From: Malacoraja senta
Taxonomy: Eukaryota
Length of the DNA: 64,000 bases
Assembly (NCBI GenBank): GCA_038087875.1
Contig: CM075987.1
Coordinates: forward strand, 24,058,001-24,122,000
Direction of reading: 5' to 3'
A program made the translations under genes and the position numbers. A model generated the notes under the pieces. It made no database searches and was not told the DNA's origin. It worked only from the letters and a program-made list of their open reading frames with translations. Below, piece by piece: positions 12,858 through 26,772 of this stretch (position 1 is its first letter; every line of letters begins with the position of its first letter).

Positions 12858-13501
12858 TTTTAGTTTAGTTTAGAGATAAAGCCCTGTCCCACTGTACGAG
12901 TTTATTCAAGAGTTCTCCCCGAGTTTGCCCTGATTCAAACTCGGAGATTTACGGTAATGGCCACTCGTCGGTACTCGGGGCTCTCGTGGACATTTTTCAA
13001 CATGTTGAAAAATCTTCACGAGTCTTTCCGAGCTTACCTGCCGTTAGCGAGTCTTCCCGAGTACCTGCCGTTAGCGTTAAGAGCCGCTAAGAGACGTCCC
13101 TGAGCTCCGACGTACCCGCTACGTTCATTCTATGTGCTTACCACGAGTTTGATTTTTTTTTAACTCAGGAGAGTACTTGTATGAACTCGTACAGTGGGAC
13201 AGGGCCAATACAGCGCGGAAACCGGGCCTTCGGCCCACCGAGTCCGCACCGACCAGCGATCCCCACACACTAACACCATCCTACACGCACGAGAGACGAT
13301 TTACATTTATACCAAGCCAATTAACCTACAAACCTGTACGTGTTTGGAGTGTGGGAGGACACCTAACATCTCAGAGAAAACCCATGCAGGTCACGGGGAG
13401 AATGTACAAACTCTGTACAGACAGCACCCGTAGTTGGGATTGAACCCGGGTCTCTGGCGCAGGACAAGCGCTGTAAGGCAGCAACTCTACCGCTGCCACC
13501 C
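12858..13501 (-). mobile_element. HE1-like V-SINE with a MITE in its tail
   Basis: Full head, V-domain and tail; tail split by a MITE. Confidence 0.85.
12879..13207. mobile_element. Harbinger-like MITE (long-TIR family)
   Basis: Close copy of 10253-10572; 3-bp duplication ATA at 12876-12878 and 13208-13210. Confidence 0.85.
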
Positions 13502-13874
13502 GAAATCTTGGAGGAATGAAAGGTTTGAAACCGTGGAGTGTGAGGTTCAGGAGCTCGGTCCATAATTTTAATAAAGTTAACTTGAACCGAATGTTAAAAC
13601 AGTTCACCAAATTGAAATGTCGCCAGATAGTTCACACAACAGTTGGAGAGCATGGCTGGCATCTGCAAGATCCATCTGTACATGTGAACTTAATTAGGCT
13701 GAATAGCCTTCATGAACCACATTTAAATTGGAAATGTTTTTGTTTGATTAATCATACGTGTACACATGTAATACTACTTTGTACTATTACTATGCACTAT
13801 TAGTATGTACTATGTACTGTTACAATGTTCTACTACTAAATACTATTAACACATAACATTATGTTGATTCTGAT

Positions 13875-14235
13875 ATAAAATCATGAGAGGAATAGATTGG
13901 GTAGATGCATGATTCTCTTGCCCAGAGTACGGGAATCGAGGACCCGAGGACATAGGTTAAAGGTGAAGGGGAAAAGATTTAATAGGAATCTGAGGGGTAA
14001 CTTTTTCACGAAAGGGTGGTGGGTGTATGGAACAAGCTGCCAGAGGAAGTATTTAAGGCTGGGACTATCCCAACGTTTAAGAAACAGTTAGACAGGTGCA
14101 TGGATAGGACAGGTTTGGAGTGATATGGACCAAATGCAGGCAGGTGAGACTAGTGTAGCTGGGACATGTTGGCTGGTGTGGGCAAGTTGGGCCGAAGGGC
14201 CTGTTTCCGCGCTGTATCACTCTGTGACTCTATGA
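13875..14235 (+). mobile_element. CR1 LINE 3' fragment, (CTATGACT)-type tail
   Basis: ESRTRGHRLKVKGKRFNRNLRGNFF; 3' end shared with the SINE tail. Confidence 0.85.
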
Positions 14236-15409
14236 TGTTTGAATGATTGGACTGGAAGGCAAACAGCAATGATCCATTAATCAAATGATATGAGCAAAGT
14301 TCAGAGCTAAAACCCACTTAATAGCAATAAGCATCACATTATAACCTTGTTCAAAACATTGTAGTTTCCACAGAATATCCCTTGATTCTGTTAGTCCCAG
14401 GAGCTATATCTAGATCTCTCTTGAATACATCCAGTGATTTGGCCTCCACTGCCTTCTGTGGCAGAGAGTGAGTCCGCCTATCACATGCCAATTCTTGTCC
14501 CAGCCCTTGCCCGCACCTCTCTGCGCCAGCTTTCTCCCCTCTACTCCGTTTCGCAAGAGTCCTGGCCCCAAACGCCATCTGCCCATCTCACTCCACAAAT
14601 GCTGCCAGACCCACAGAGGACCTCCAGCGATCACACGGGTGTTTCGATTCACGCGAACAAACGCCCTCAAACGTTCTTGAGGTCCGTGAACAAGCCTTCT
14701 TCATGCACTTACATCCTTCTGGAACGTGCATAACTATTAGTTCTCTGCTAATTATCTAAGTAATTTCCAGATGAAATAACCTGATTTATGTTTCTGTGGA
14801 TTGGAAAAGAAAAATCGCTGGCATTCTATGGCAAACAAGGAGACAAGAGAGGTTCCACTTTCCACAGCTTCACTGTGGCCATGCATATTTTCCTTAAATT
14901 ATAATTAAAGGCAACAGCGAGGAAATATAACTCAAAGTCATAGTATTTACATAACGATGCATTACAGATGGTGGCAATCCTTGTCCAAGTAATGTGTGTT
15001 CCATCTGGATCGGATGCACCCGGCCAGAAAATACCAATTTAAAGTGACAACACAGCCTACAATGAAGCCCCACCGAAGATATGATGGAGTCACAGAGCTA
15101 ATGTTGAAATGCATCGGGGTGCTGTGACACAAAATCACCTCCTTACCTGATTTGAATTCGGACAGATCTCCATTCTCGTGAATCGGACATGTTACAAATC
15201 AATTATTTATGGGAGGGCCGTGTAAAATTGAAGGAGCTGAGGTTTCGTTCTCCTACTGTTCTGCTTATTGGACTAAGCAAAGCAGCACAGCACAGGAAGG
15301 CCGTGGAAAGCCTCCAGGGCTACAGCCCAGCAAGGGTTTGCCAGCGAGTTCTTTGACCTGAGTAATACAATACAAAAGGCAGGCTGTGGATACTGGGGAA
15401 GCCCTGCAT

Positions 15410-15890
15410 CGAGTCACACAGCGTGGAAACAGGCCCTTCGGCCCAACTTGCACACACCGACCAACATGTCCCATCTACACTCGTCCCACCTGCCTGCGTT
15501 TGGCCCGTATCCCTCTAAACCTGTCCTATCCATGTACCTGTCTAATTATTTCATAAACGTTACAATAGTCCCTGCCTCAACTACCTCCTCTGGCAGCTCG
15601 TTCCATACACCCACCACCCTTTAGTGTGAAAAAGTTACCCCTCAGATTCCTATTAAATCTTTCCCCCTTCACCTTAAACCTATGTCCTCTGGTTCTTGAT
15701 TTCCCCTACTGTGGGTGAGAGACTCTATGCGTCTACCCGATCTATTCCTCTCATGATTTTATACACCTCTATAAGATCACCCCTCATTCTCCTGCGCTCC
15801 AAGGAATAGAGTCCCAGCCTGCTCAAACACTCCCAATAGCTCAGATCCTCGAGTCCTGGCAGCATCCTCGTAAATCTTCACTGTGCCCTC
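15410..15890 (-). mobile_element. CR1 LINE 3' fragment
   Basis: Reverse complement of the 13875-14235 family. Confidence 0.85.
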
Positions 15891-16049
15891 TGTGTCTGAA
15901 GGCGAAGTGGATAAAGTCTCCTTCGCCTGAGTGTGGGTGACAACCTCAGTTTTGCAGTAAGCTGCAAATAGTGAGATATGATGGATATTGGCAGCAGAAG
16001 CCTAGAATAATTCTGAGGTAAGAAAGCTCAGAGAAATCTCCGTAAATTT

Positions 16050-16345
16050 AAGAGGACATGATTTGAGAATTAAGGGACAGAAGTTTAGGGGTAACATGAG
16101 GGGGAACATCTTTACTCAGAGAGTGGTAGCTATGTGGAATGAGCTTCCAGTGGAAGTGGTGGAGGCAGGTTCGATTTTATCATTTTAAAATAAATTGGAT
16201 GGGTATATGGACGGGAAAGGAATGGAGGGTTATGGTCTGAGTGCAGGTACTGTAGATGGGACTAGGTGAGAGTAAGTGTTCAGCACGGACTAGAAGGGCC
16301 GAGATGGCCTGTTTCCGTGCTGTAATTGTTGTAAGGTTATATGTT
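16050..16345 (+). mobile_element. CR1 LINE 3' fragment, (GTTATAT)-type tail
   Basis: RGHDLRIKGQKFRGNMRG..FTQRVVA.WNELP. Confidence 0.85.
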
Positions 16346-16966
16346 ATTTGGTAATAACTGTACAACTCCTCCCCCTTCTGCCGTGGGGTAGACTGACCCC
16401 TTCCTCCCCCTCCCCCACCCCCTCCCCAATCTTTGCACATCCCCCATCATGGACTTTCAACTCGTCACTTTAATTTCATGTTTCACGGACTTTGTTGTGT
16501 TTTATGATTGTTGGCAGATCAATTTCCCTCCTGGATAAATAAAGTTCTATCGTATCGTCTGGTATAGTATCGCATCGTAACGTATCATATCGTAAAGTAG
16601 TCAGTCCAGTTACAGTTAATATTTCAGGAGGTTCACAGATTTCAGGAAGAAGAAAGTATTAGGATTCTCTGTTTAAAAGTCTGACTGGCCTCCGGATTAA
16701 AATTTTATCTCTGTACGATTCGTTGTCAACCCCCCCCCTCGCTAACAATGATCTATTCAACATTTTCCTTGAACTTCGTCCCCTTTCATGTCTCAGTTTC
16801 ACGTGTCTCCCTCTCCCCGACTCTCAGTCTGAAAAAGACTCCTGACCCGAAACGTCAGCCATTTACTACAATCCAAAGATGTCGCCTGTTCCACTGAGTT
16901 ACTCCAACATTTTTGTGTCTAAAAGATAAGAACTATCCATTTAATGGATGAAGCAAGTGTTTTTTT

Positions 16967-17285
16967 AGAGTCATGGAGTCATTTAGAGTGGAAACAAGCT
17001 TTTCGGCCCGACTTGCCCACACCAACCAACAATGTCCCAGCTACACTAATCCCACCTGCCTGCGCTTGGTCCATATCCCTCCAAACATGTCCTATCCATG
17101 TACCTGTCTAACTGTTTCTTAAATGTTGGGATAGTCCCAGCCTCAACTACCTCCTCAGGCAGCTTGTTCCGTACACCCACACTGTGTGAAAAAGTTACTC
17201 CTCGGATTCCTATTAAATCTTTTCCCCTTCAACTTGAACCTATGTCCTCTGGTCCTCGATTCCCCTACTCTGGGCAAGAGACTCC
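16967..17285 (-). mobile_element. CR1 LINE 3' fragment
   Basis: ESRTRGHRFKLKGKRFNRN. Confidence 0.8.
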
Positions 17286-17356
17286 CACATGGGAAGTCTG
17301 TGGAACTCTTTTCCTCAAATGGAAGTGGAAAGCAGATGCTTTCGATTGTCTGGATC

Positions 17357-17669
17357 TTTAGCTTAGAGATATAGCATGGAAACAGGCCCTTCAGCCCACT
17401 GAGTCCATGTGGACTATCAACCACTGCTTCTGTCTATTCCAATTTCTCACCCACTCCAAATACACATTGGGTAATTTTACAGAGGCCAATCAACCTAGCA
17501 AATCTGCACGTCTTTGGGAAAGGGGAGGAAACCAGAGCACCTGGAGGAAGCCCAAGTGGTCATAGGGAGAGCAAGCAAACTCCTCACAGACAGCACCCAA
17601 GGTGAGGATTGAACCTGGGTCTCTGGCGCCGTGTGGCATCAGTTCTACCTGCTGCGTCACCGTGCCGCC
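17357..17669 (-). mobile_element. V-SINE, older subfamily
   Basis: Degenerate head, V-domain and tail. Confidence 0.75.
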
Positions 17670-17894
17670 CAGGTTGACAGGATATGCAATAGTGCAAATC
17701 TGAGGTAACCATCAAATCACCCGCGAACACTTTACAAGGCGGTTCAGGCTCAAGGGGCTGAATGAACCACACCTACTCGTAACTCCTACTGTATGTCCAC
17801 AAACAAACAAAGCACTTTGAGTGTCAGCCGGTTAAAAAACAAGGGGAAGTAGCATCAGTAAGAGTTAATCACTCTACCACTAAATCAGGACAAA

Positions 17895-18300
17895 AGACAG
17901 ACACAAAATGCTGGAGTAACTCAGCGGGTCGGGCAGCAACTCTGGAGAAAAAGGACGGGTGATGTTTCGGGTCAGGACCCTTCTGCAGACTGAAAGTAGA
18001 GTGGAGGGAACTGGAGGTCAGAAAAGGCCAGAACAACGCAGGGACGGCAACAGATGACCAAGGAAGGGTGGAGCCCATCATGGCACATTGTTGGCTGGGG
18101 AAGAGGTAATAACAAAGGTTTACAAGGATGTGAAGAATGGAACTAGTAGGGTGACTAGGGCGAAGGGGGGGAGAGGGAGGGGGGGGGGAAGAGAGGGAAT
18201 GCAAGAAATCAATGTTCATTCCGCTGGGTCGTAAGCTGCCAAGGCGAAATATGAGGTGCTGTTCCTCCAATTTGCGTGTGGCCTTACTCTGACAGTGGCC
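17895..18300 (-). mobile_element. Penelope-like element 3' fragment (GIY-YIG endonuclease C-terminus plus terminal unit)
   Basis: RKLEEQHLIFRLGSLRPSGMNIDF, followed downstream by a degenerate CTGCAGAAGGGTCCTGACCCGAAAC motif. Confidence 0.8.
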
Positions 18301-18882
18301 TCACTCAGGACTAATTTCAGGACAGGAATCAGGACTGTCATTTTTAAACTAATGAAGTGCCAAGCAAGCCCTGGGGATGAACATTGGCCTTTGGATGACT
18401 GTTGACATCAGTTGGGAAAGTTTTACACTGGAGAAAATGTCTTCATTAGGGCTACCTTCAGCAACAGACCGGCTCCACCAAGATGCAGTACAGAACGCCC
18501 CAGGAGATCCTTCTTTCATGTGGCTATCAAACGGTACAACTCCTCCTCCTTCCGTCGTGGGGTAGACTGACTCCCCCACCGCCCCCCCTCCCCCAATCTT
18601 TGCACATCCCCAATCCTTTCCACTCGTCACTTTAATTTCATGTTTCACGTATCTTGTGTTTCATGACTGTGGGCAGATCAATTTCCCTCATGGGATAAAT
18701 AAAGTTCTATCGTATCGTATGGTATCGTATCGCATCGTATATTATAAACTTCATGCGGGTAAGTCAAGGGTTGAATATGCAGCCAGGCATTGAGAACTGC
18801 ACGTTATATTGCTGCTTTACTGAGCAACTTTTTCAACGGCACAACCCAGTCTATGGCTTTACCTTGCACTAATAGTTATTCC

Positions 18883-19320
18883 ATAGAAACATAGAAACAT
18901 AGAAAATAGGTGCAGGAGTAGGCCATTCGGCCCTTCGAGCCTGCACCGCCATTCAATATGATCATGGCTGATCATCCAACTCAGTATCCTGTACCTGCTT
19001 TCTCTCCATACCCCCTGATCCCTTTAGCCACAAGGGCCACATCTAACTCCCTCTTAAATATAGCCAATGAACTGGCCTCAACTACATTCTGTGGCAGAGA
19101 ATTCCAGAGATTCACCACTCTCTGTGTAAAAAATGTTTTTCTCATCTCAGTCCTAAAAGATTTCCCCTTTATCCTTAAACTGTGACCTCTTGTTCTGGAC
19201 TTCCCCAACATCGGGAACAGTCTTCCTGCATCTAGCCTGTCCAACCCCTTAAGAATTTTGTAAGTTTCTATAAGATCCCCCCTCAATCTTCTAAATTCTA
19301 GCGAGTACAAGCCGAGTCTA
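18883..19320 (-). mobile_element. Young CR1 3' fragment, (TTCTATGT)n tail
   Basis: Open ORF LYSLEFRRLRGDLIETYKILKGLD...FFTQRVVNLWNSLP. Confidence 0.9.
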
Positions 19321-19833
19321 TTCCCTGATGTATCTGTACACTGTAAATGGCTCGATTGTAATCATGCATTGTCTTTCCACTGGTTACCACTCAACAAAAG
19401 GCATAGATAGAGTGGTTGTGGAGAGGATGTTTCCACTGGTGGGAGAGTCTAGGACCAGAGGTCACAGCCTCAGAATTAAAGGGTGCTCTGTTAGAAAAGA
19501 GGTGAGGAGGAACTTCTTTTGTCAGAGGGTAGTTAATCTGTGGAAATCATTGCCACTGAGGGCTGTGCAGGCCGTCAGTGAATATTTTTAAGGCAAAGAT
19601 AGAAATTCAAGATTAGAACGGGTGTCAAGGGTTATGGGAAGAAGGCAGGAAAATGGGATTGGGAGGCAGAGTTCAGCCATGATTGAATGGCGGAGTAGAC
19701 TCGATAGGCCGAATGGCCTAATTCTACTCCTATAGTTTACAAGAGAGAGTTGGATTTAGCTCTTAGGGCTAAAGGAATCAATGGATATGGGGGAAAAAGG
19801 CAGGAATGGGGTACTGATTTTAGATGATCAGCC

Positions 19834-20490
19834 ATGGTCAAGAGAGCCCAGCAGCGACTACACCCTCTCCGAAGACTACGTAAAGCAGGTCTCCCCACTA
19901 CACACCTACGAACTTTTTATAGGGGGACAATCGAGAGCACATTAACCTACGGCATCACTTCCTGGTTCGGGAGCTGCAAGGCGTACGAACGGCACCAACT
20001 AGACAGGATTGTGAAGACCGCCAGCAGGATTATTGGTGCTCCACTCCCTTTCCTGCTGGACATATACAGGAAGAGATGTATCAGCAGAGCCATCTCCATC
20101 ATCAAAGACCCCTACCACCCATCGCATTACATATTCTCCATCCTGCCATCTGGGAAGAGGTACCGGAGCATTAGGTACAAAACCAGCAGGATGCTCCTCA
20201 GCTTCTTCCCGCAGGTTATAAGACTGATAAACGGACTTTGTCCCCTGCCAAAGTATCGTGCACCAACCACCAACCTAGACACACTGCAGCAGAGCCACTG
20301 TCGTGCCGCTGCCGATCGGAACGCCTGTTGATGTTTAGTAGAGTAGAGTGTTAATTTGTTCATGATATATGTATTTTTACTTCTATTTATTTTTTACTGC
20401 ACACTGGAATGGACACTGGTTGAGGAACGTTTTTTTGTTTCCTCTGGGTATGCGAATACTCAGGAAATGACAATAAAGATATACAATACA
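19834..20490 (+). mobile_element. Rex/Babar LINE 3' fragment inserted in a CR1 3' UTR
   Basis: 165-aa ORF KRAQQRL..LRRLRK...FYRGTIESTLTYGITSWFG...HPSH..FSILPSGKRYRS; (ATACA)n tail. Confidence 0.9.
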
Positions 20491-20929
20491 ATGATCATAT
20501 TGAATGGCGATGCTGGCTCGAAGGGCAGAATGGCCTACACAGTTGCACTTATTTTTCTATGTTTCTATAACTTGTGAACTTGTGAAAAGCTTTTCACTGT
20601 ACCTCAGTGCCCATTGACAATAAACCAACCTGAACTGATGTGGGAGTCATGGCTAAGTGTTTTCAGGCACTTGTACACAAAGATGAACTTGTATTATTGC
20701 TTCTGTTATTAATCAAATTTGGATTCTTTTGAACATATAAAGTGCTTTCTCTCTACATCTGCATCAGACTGCCAAAAACATCGAGCAACCACTTGAGAAA
20801 ATACTCCCCATGTCTATCACGTGACAGACATGGCCTCTTAAAACGGAAATGCCAATAACTTGGTTTGAATCCAGCGAAACAGCAGGCATTCTACTATGCT
20901 AACTTCGTCTCTGCGATAAGCAAAAATAG

Positions 20930-21365
20930 TTCAGTATTGATTTAGAGATACAGAGTGGAAACAGGCCCTTCGACCCACTGGGTCCGCGCCAACCAACAAT
21001 TACATGTACGCCAGCACTATCCTACACACCAGGGACAATGTACAGATGCCAATTGTCCTACAAACCCGCCTGAGGAAGTTGTTCTGACCCGGAACGTCAC
21101 CCATCCATTTTCTCCAGAGATGCCGCTTGACCCGCTGAGTTACTCTGGCGCTTTGTGTCTGTCTGTAAGCCAGCATCTGCATCTCCTTTCTACCCGACAA
21201 ACCTGCACGTCTTTGGAGTGTGGGAGGAATCCGGAGATCCCGGAGGAAACCCACGCAGGTCACGGGGAGAAGGTACAAACTCTGTACAGAGACGCCACCC
21301 GTAGTCAGGATCGAACCCGGGTCTCTGGTGCTGTAAGGCAGCAACTCTACCGCTGCGCCACCGTA
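20930..21365 (-). mobile_element. HE1-like V-SINE with Penelope-derived insert (about 21068-21192)
   Basis: SINE resumes after the insert with a short imperfect duplication (cctacaaacc/ccgacaaacc). Confidence 0.75.
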
Positions 21366-22707
21366 ACGCAACACTTTAGCTTATAGAAAATAGTTCATAA
21401 AATAGTTAGCAGGCCTAAAGCTCCAATAACTGCTTTTGTCTGTGTACTTTGTGGTATCCACAAAACATATGTGATTTAAACAAAATAAAAAAACCTTAGT
21501 TTCTCAACCATATTTCTCAAGAGTATTAGTTATAAGTGGCAGCAAAATTACCTCTCCCCTTCATTATCTTACCTGTTACCTGTCTGTACTTTAGGCATAA
21601 GAGTTGAATCCTGCATCTCCTTACACAATAATTAAGTCTTGCGCATGTATTCAGAAATATATATGTAAAGAGAAAAAATACCCGAAATGTTGCCTATCCA
21701 TTCCTTTCAGTTCAGTTTAGTTTATTGTCACGTGTACCGAGGTACAGTGAAAAGCTCTTGTTGCGTGCTAACCAGTCAGTGGAAAGACAATACATGATTA
21801 CAGTTGAGCCGTCCACAGTGTACAGATACATGATAAGGGAGTAATCTGTGTTGCAAGGTGCAGATAGAGATAGATAGATTCTTGATTAGTACAAGTGTCA
21901 GAGGTTATGGGGAGAAGGCAGGAGAATGGGGTTAGGAGGGAGAGATAGATCAGCCATGATTGAATGGGGGAGTGGATTTGATGGGCCGAATGGCCTAATG
22001 CTACTCCTATTCCTTATGACCCATTTCGGCAGAGAAAGGGTCAAGTAGCTGTTGTTTGATTTCATAAGTGATAGGAGTAGAATGAGGCCATTCGGCCCAT
22101 CAAGTCTACTCCGCCATTTAATCATGGCTGATCTATCTCTCCCTCCTAACCCCATTCTCCTGCCTTCCCCCCCATAACCACCTGTCACCCTTCGGGACAT
22201 ATGGGGAGGATTGAGAATTGAAACCTCTGACCCTTATATCAATGGCTCAATTTGCAAAGCAATGCTAGAAATACTAAAAACGTACATTTTTGGATTTTTG
22301 ATTTACAAACAAAAGCCAAAAAAAATTAGCCACCCTACAGTGAACAGATACACAGTGGGCATCAGCGCAATCTTGCAAATATGTTTCTTTTGAAGAAGGC
22401 TGTCGTGGGTGTAGGTTAATTCGGACAATTTCAGTGCAGAGATGCCTTCAGGCTAATCACTGCACAAGACTTCTTCGTTGATTTGGATAATTGATCATTT
22501 CAGAATCCTATATTCTCCTTCTCGGTTCTTCATCATGTAGTTGGGACTAACCTCGAATCGAATTACTGAACCGTGGCGTGTAAATATAGCATGCAAGTAC
22601 GTATAAAACTTTCCACCAAATAGTGTGCACTTAGTTCCATCTGGTCCAACTTTTAAGAGACAATTCTGGGTAGAGTGTAGGGATTCTGAGAAGTTAGCCG
22701 CAGGTGG

Positions 22708-22716
22708 TTACTTGGC
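22708..22716 (-). other. Candidate alternative terminal exon start of the minus-strand gene
   Basis: Acceptor taatttcttttcaacAG|GCCAAGTAA in unique sequence; phase-0 splice from 49037 gives ..EWTR-AK*. Confidence 0.3.
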
Positions 22717-23334
22717 CTGTTGAAAAGAAATTAATATGCTCCGATTTCTTCGTAACAAATCACAAGTTTACATGCTATGTGATATAGCTTAAAACCACAC
22801 AAACTGAAGGAAAGCACATTGCTGAACAGACCTCACTGGTGAACTGAAACAGAATGAATATGTCATGAGGAATAGGTCATTCTGCCCATCAAGTCTACTC
22901 CGCCATTCAATCAAGGCTGATCTATCTCTCCCTCCTAACCCCATTTTCCTGCCTTCCCCCCATAACCTCTGTCAGCTATGACTGAGAATATGACTGGCAC
23001 GGTGGCACAGTGGTCGAGTCGCTGCCTTATAACGCCAGAGACCTGGGTTTGATGCTACTGGTGTTGTCCGTACGGAGTTTGTAACCTGTGACAGCGAGGG
23101 TTTTTCTCCGGGTGCTCCGGTGTCCATCCCTGCGCCATAGAGCCACCGTGGGTTGTACGCAAAACAAAGCATTTCACTGAACCTGGGTACATGTGACAAT
23201 AAAGTATCGTAGAATCACTGAGGGGCTTCATCTTTCTTTATCGTGCCATTGCTAGCTTAACATCACATTCACCATGTACTAACCTGCAACCAATATCCAA
23301 GTACAACTGAAGTTTAAACGTACAGAAATAAACC

Positions 23335-23650
23335 AGGGCGGCACAGTGGCACAGCGGTAGAGTTGCTGCCTTACAGTGTCAGAGACCTGGGTTCGATCCT
23401 GACTACGGGTGCTGTCTGTACAGAGTTTGTACGTTCTCCCCGTGACCTGCATGGGTTTTCTCCGGGATCTCCGGTTTCCTCCCACACTCCAGAGATGTAC
23501 AGGTTTGTAGGTTAATTGGCTTGGTATAATTGTAAATTACCCCTTGTGTGTGTAGGATAGTGTTAGTGTGCGGGGATCGCTGGACGGCGCGGACTTGGTG
23601 GGCCAGAGGGTCTGTTCCCGCGTTGTATCTCTAAATTAATCTGAACTAAA
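23335..23650 (+). mobile_element. HE1-like V-SINE, full length
   Basis: GGCACAGTGGCACAGCGG A-box, GGTTCGATCC B-box, V-domain, CR1-like tail. Confidence 0.9.
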
Positions 23651-24999
23651 CGAAAGTGCACACTTGCACAATTTAGGCCATGCAGGAAAGACTGAAATAT
23701 ATTGACTTTGTTTCTCTTCTCTCATTCAATGTGAACTCCATTACACCATTAATTGCAAAAGAAAATCAGCGCTGATCCAGTTATCTGTCCAATAAGCAAT
23801 GTGTCAATTTGTCAAATACTGCAAAGGTTTTGGAAATATGCTGCACTTTGTGTTAAGATTTATTTATCTGTAATATAAATGGACTTGGATAGTCGACCTT
23901 TCCCCAACTCCAATTTAACTGTGATATCAGCAGAGAAAAGACTCTTGCTGAAAATACCACAAGAGGCACAATACTGTTCGAAATTCATCGGCTGTCCTTC
24001 AACGCATTTTTTGTCCTCACCAACATCTGGGAAAATGACAGATGTCACAGCTCTGATGTCACATGCTACGTTGAGCATTTGACGGCACTGGGCCTGTGCT
24101 CGCTGGAGTTTAGAAGGATGAGGGGAGACCTCATTGAGCCTTACTTAATAGTGAAAGGCCTGGATAGAGTGGAGGTGGAGGGGATGTCTAGGACCAGGGG
24201 CCATAGCCTCAGAATAAAAGGACGTACCTTTAGAAATTAGATGAGGAGGAATTGCTTTAGTCAGAGGGTGGTGAATCGGTGGAATTAATTGCCACAGACT
24301 CCTTTGGAGGCCGACTCATTGTTGCATGTCTCAAAGTAATTGTCATGTCATAAGTGATAGGAGCAGAATAAGACCACTCGGCCCATCAAATCTATTCCAC
24401 CATTCAATCATGGTTGGTCTATCTCTCCCTCCTAACCCCATTCTCCTGCCTTCTCCCCATAACCCCTGACACCCGTACTAATCAAGTTCTTGCCTCCAGT
24501 TTATTCCTCACCCCCACCTCACCTCTACCCTCACTCTGAAGAAAGGTTCCGACCCAAAAAATATTTTCCTATTCTTTTTCCAAAAGAATCCTATTCTTTT
24601 TCCCCAGAAATGCTGCCTGACCTGCTGAGTTGCCCCAACATTTGTGTCTATCTTCAGAATTAACAAACCCTGGTTAATCCTACAAGATTCCTGAGCCTGT
24701 TCTCAGGGATATCTCAGTTGAGACCTGAGGATATCAGTTCATCGATTCATCACCGAAGTCCCATAGCAATAAAATGATTATAATGTAACTATAATATATA
24801 TTTCTGTAATATTTCTAAAACATTCCATGAATTATAGCAAACAGCTTCAACCTTTACATTTTCATACATTGGCAAGGAAATCATGTGTAAATATTGAGAA
24901 AAACCTTTTGCAAATAACTAGCTGTTCCTCTAAAATATTTAGGTTTAAATAGTGATCATCTAGAACTCGACTGAGAAGGAATGCTTAGTGTTTGGTATC

Positions 25000-25808
25000 T
25001 GTTTAGTTTAGTTTAGCGCGGAAATAGGCCCTTCGGCCCACCGGGTCCGTGCCGACCAGCGATTCTCCCACATTAACACTACCTTACACACACGAGGGAC
25101 AATTTACACTTATACCAAGCCAATTAACCTACAACCACTGTACGTCTGGAGTGTGGGAGGAAAGCGCAGATCTCTGAGAAAAACCCATGCAGGTCACGGG
25201 GTGAACGGACAAACTCCGTACAGACAGCACCCGTAGTCAGAATCGAACCCGTGTCTCTCACACTGTAAGGCAGCAACACAAGTCAAGTCAGTTTATTGTC
25301 ATGTGTCCCTGGTAGGACAATGAAATTCTTGCTTTGCTTGAGCACAACAGAACATAGTAGGCATTTACTACAAGGCATTCTATAAATATATACACAATGG
25401 TCAATATACTGATACAGTGCAAATAACAGTATTGGCTAGTAAAGTTCAGTGTTATGTCCAAGCCAGGTTTAATAGCCTGATGGCTGTGGGGAAGTAGCTG
25501 TTCCTGAACCTGGTCGTTGCAGTCTTCAGGCTCCTGTACCTTCTACCTGAAGGTAGTAGGGAGATGAGTGTGTGGCCAGGATGGTGTGGGTCCTTGATGA
25601 TACTGCCAGCCTTTTTGAGGCAGCGACTGTGGTAGATCCCCTCGATGGAAGGGAGGTCAGAGCCGATGATGGACTGGGCAGTGTTTACTACTTTTTGTAG
25701 TCTTTTCCTCTCCAGGGCGCTCAAGTTGCCGAACCAAGCCACGATGCAACCGGTCAGCATGCTCTCTACTGTGCACCTGTGCACAACCGCTGCGCCACTG
25801 TGCTGCCC
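25000..25808 (-). mobile_element. V-SINE interrupted by a Rex/Babar fragment (about 25278-25790)
   Basis: ORF VESMLTGCIVAWFGN...HPGHTLISLLPSGRRYRSL...FRNSYFPTAIRLLN; SINE head resumes at about 25795. Confidence 0.85.
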
Positions 25809-26454
25809 TAGTAGTGGTATATCTAAATCAACTCTTTCAGCATGCTCTGCCCTATATGCAGCATTTAAATCATATATTAGCTTACTGCCGCTCAAACAAA
25901 AATATAACAACGAGTTAATTTACGAGCCCTTGAGTTCTGCCACCTGGGGTTTTGACAGGTCATGGTGTCAAAGGTCCTTTCAACTGTTTCTCCACATTTC
26001 TCTCTACATCAGAGACATTTTGTCACTATCACCACCTATCTACCAAACACCCCACTCATGTGCACCCATCCTTCACATCCGCGACTTTGCCCCGCTCCCC
26101 CAACTCTCTTTTTCTTCTTTATCTCCACCCCATCCGACTGCACAAGGGTCCTGATCCGAAACGTCACCTGCCCATTTTTCTCCACGGATGCTGCTTACCC
26201 AGTTGAATTCTTCCAGCACTTTGTGTTTTGCTCAAGATACCAACATCTGTGTCTTCTTTTTATTGCCAAGTGACTGTTTATGCTATTTTCAGTCTCCTTC
26301 TTGCACTAAACATTATTCATATTATACCCTTTATCATGTATTGGATCACTGCATATTGTAATCATGTATTGTCTTTCCGCTGACTGGTTAGCACGCAACA
26401 AAAGTTTTCACTTTACCTCAGTACACGTGACAATAAACTAAACTCAAACTAAAC

Positions 26455-26772
26455 TCCAGAACCAGGGGCCACACAGTTTAAGAATAAGGAGTAAGCCATT
26501 TAGAACGGAGATGAGGAAACACTTTTTCTCACAGAGAGTGGTGAGTCTGTTTAATTCTCTGCCTCAGAGGGCGGTGGAGGCAGGTTCTCTGGATGCTTTC
26601 AAGAGAGAGCTAGATAGGGCTCTTAAAAATAGCGGAGTCAGGGGATATGGGGAGAAGGCAGGAACGGGGTACTGATTGGGGATGATCAGCCATGATCACA
26701 TTGAATGGCGGTGCTGGCTCGAAGGGCCAAATGGCCTACTCTTGCACCTATTGTCTATTGTCTATTGTCTAT
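26455..26772 (+). mobile_element. CR1 3' fragment, (CTATTGT)n tail
   Basis: Same family as 2657-3045. Confidence 0.9.

Noticed and set aside
23335..23420. tRNA genes
   Set aside because: tRNA-like heads have imperfect stems and run into the V-domain and LINE tail, so they are SINEs
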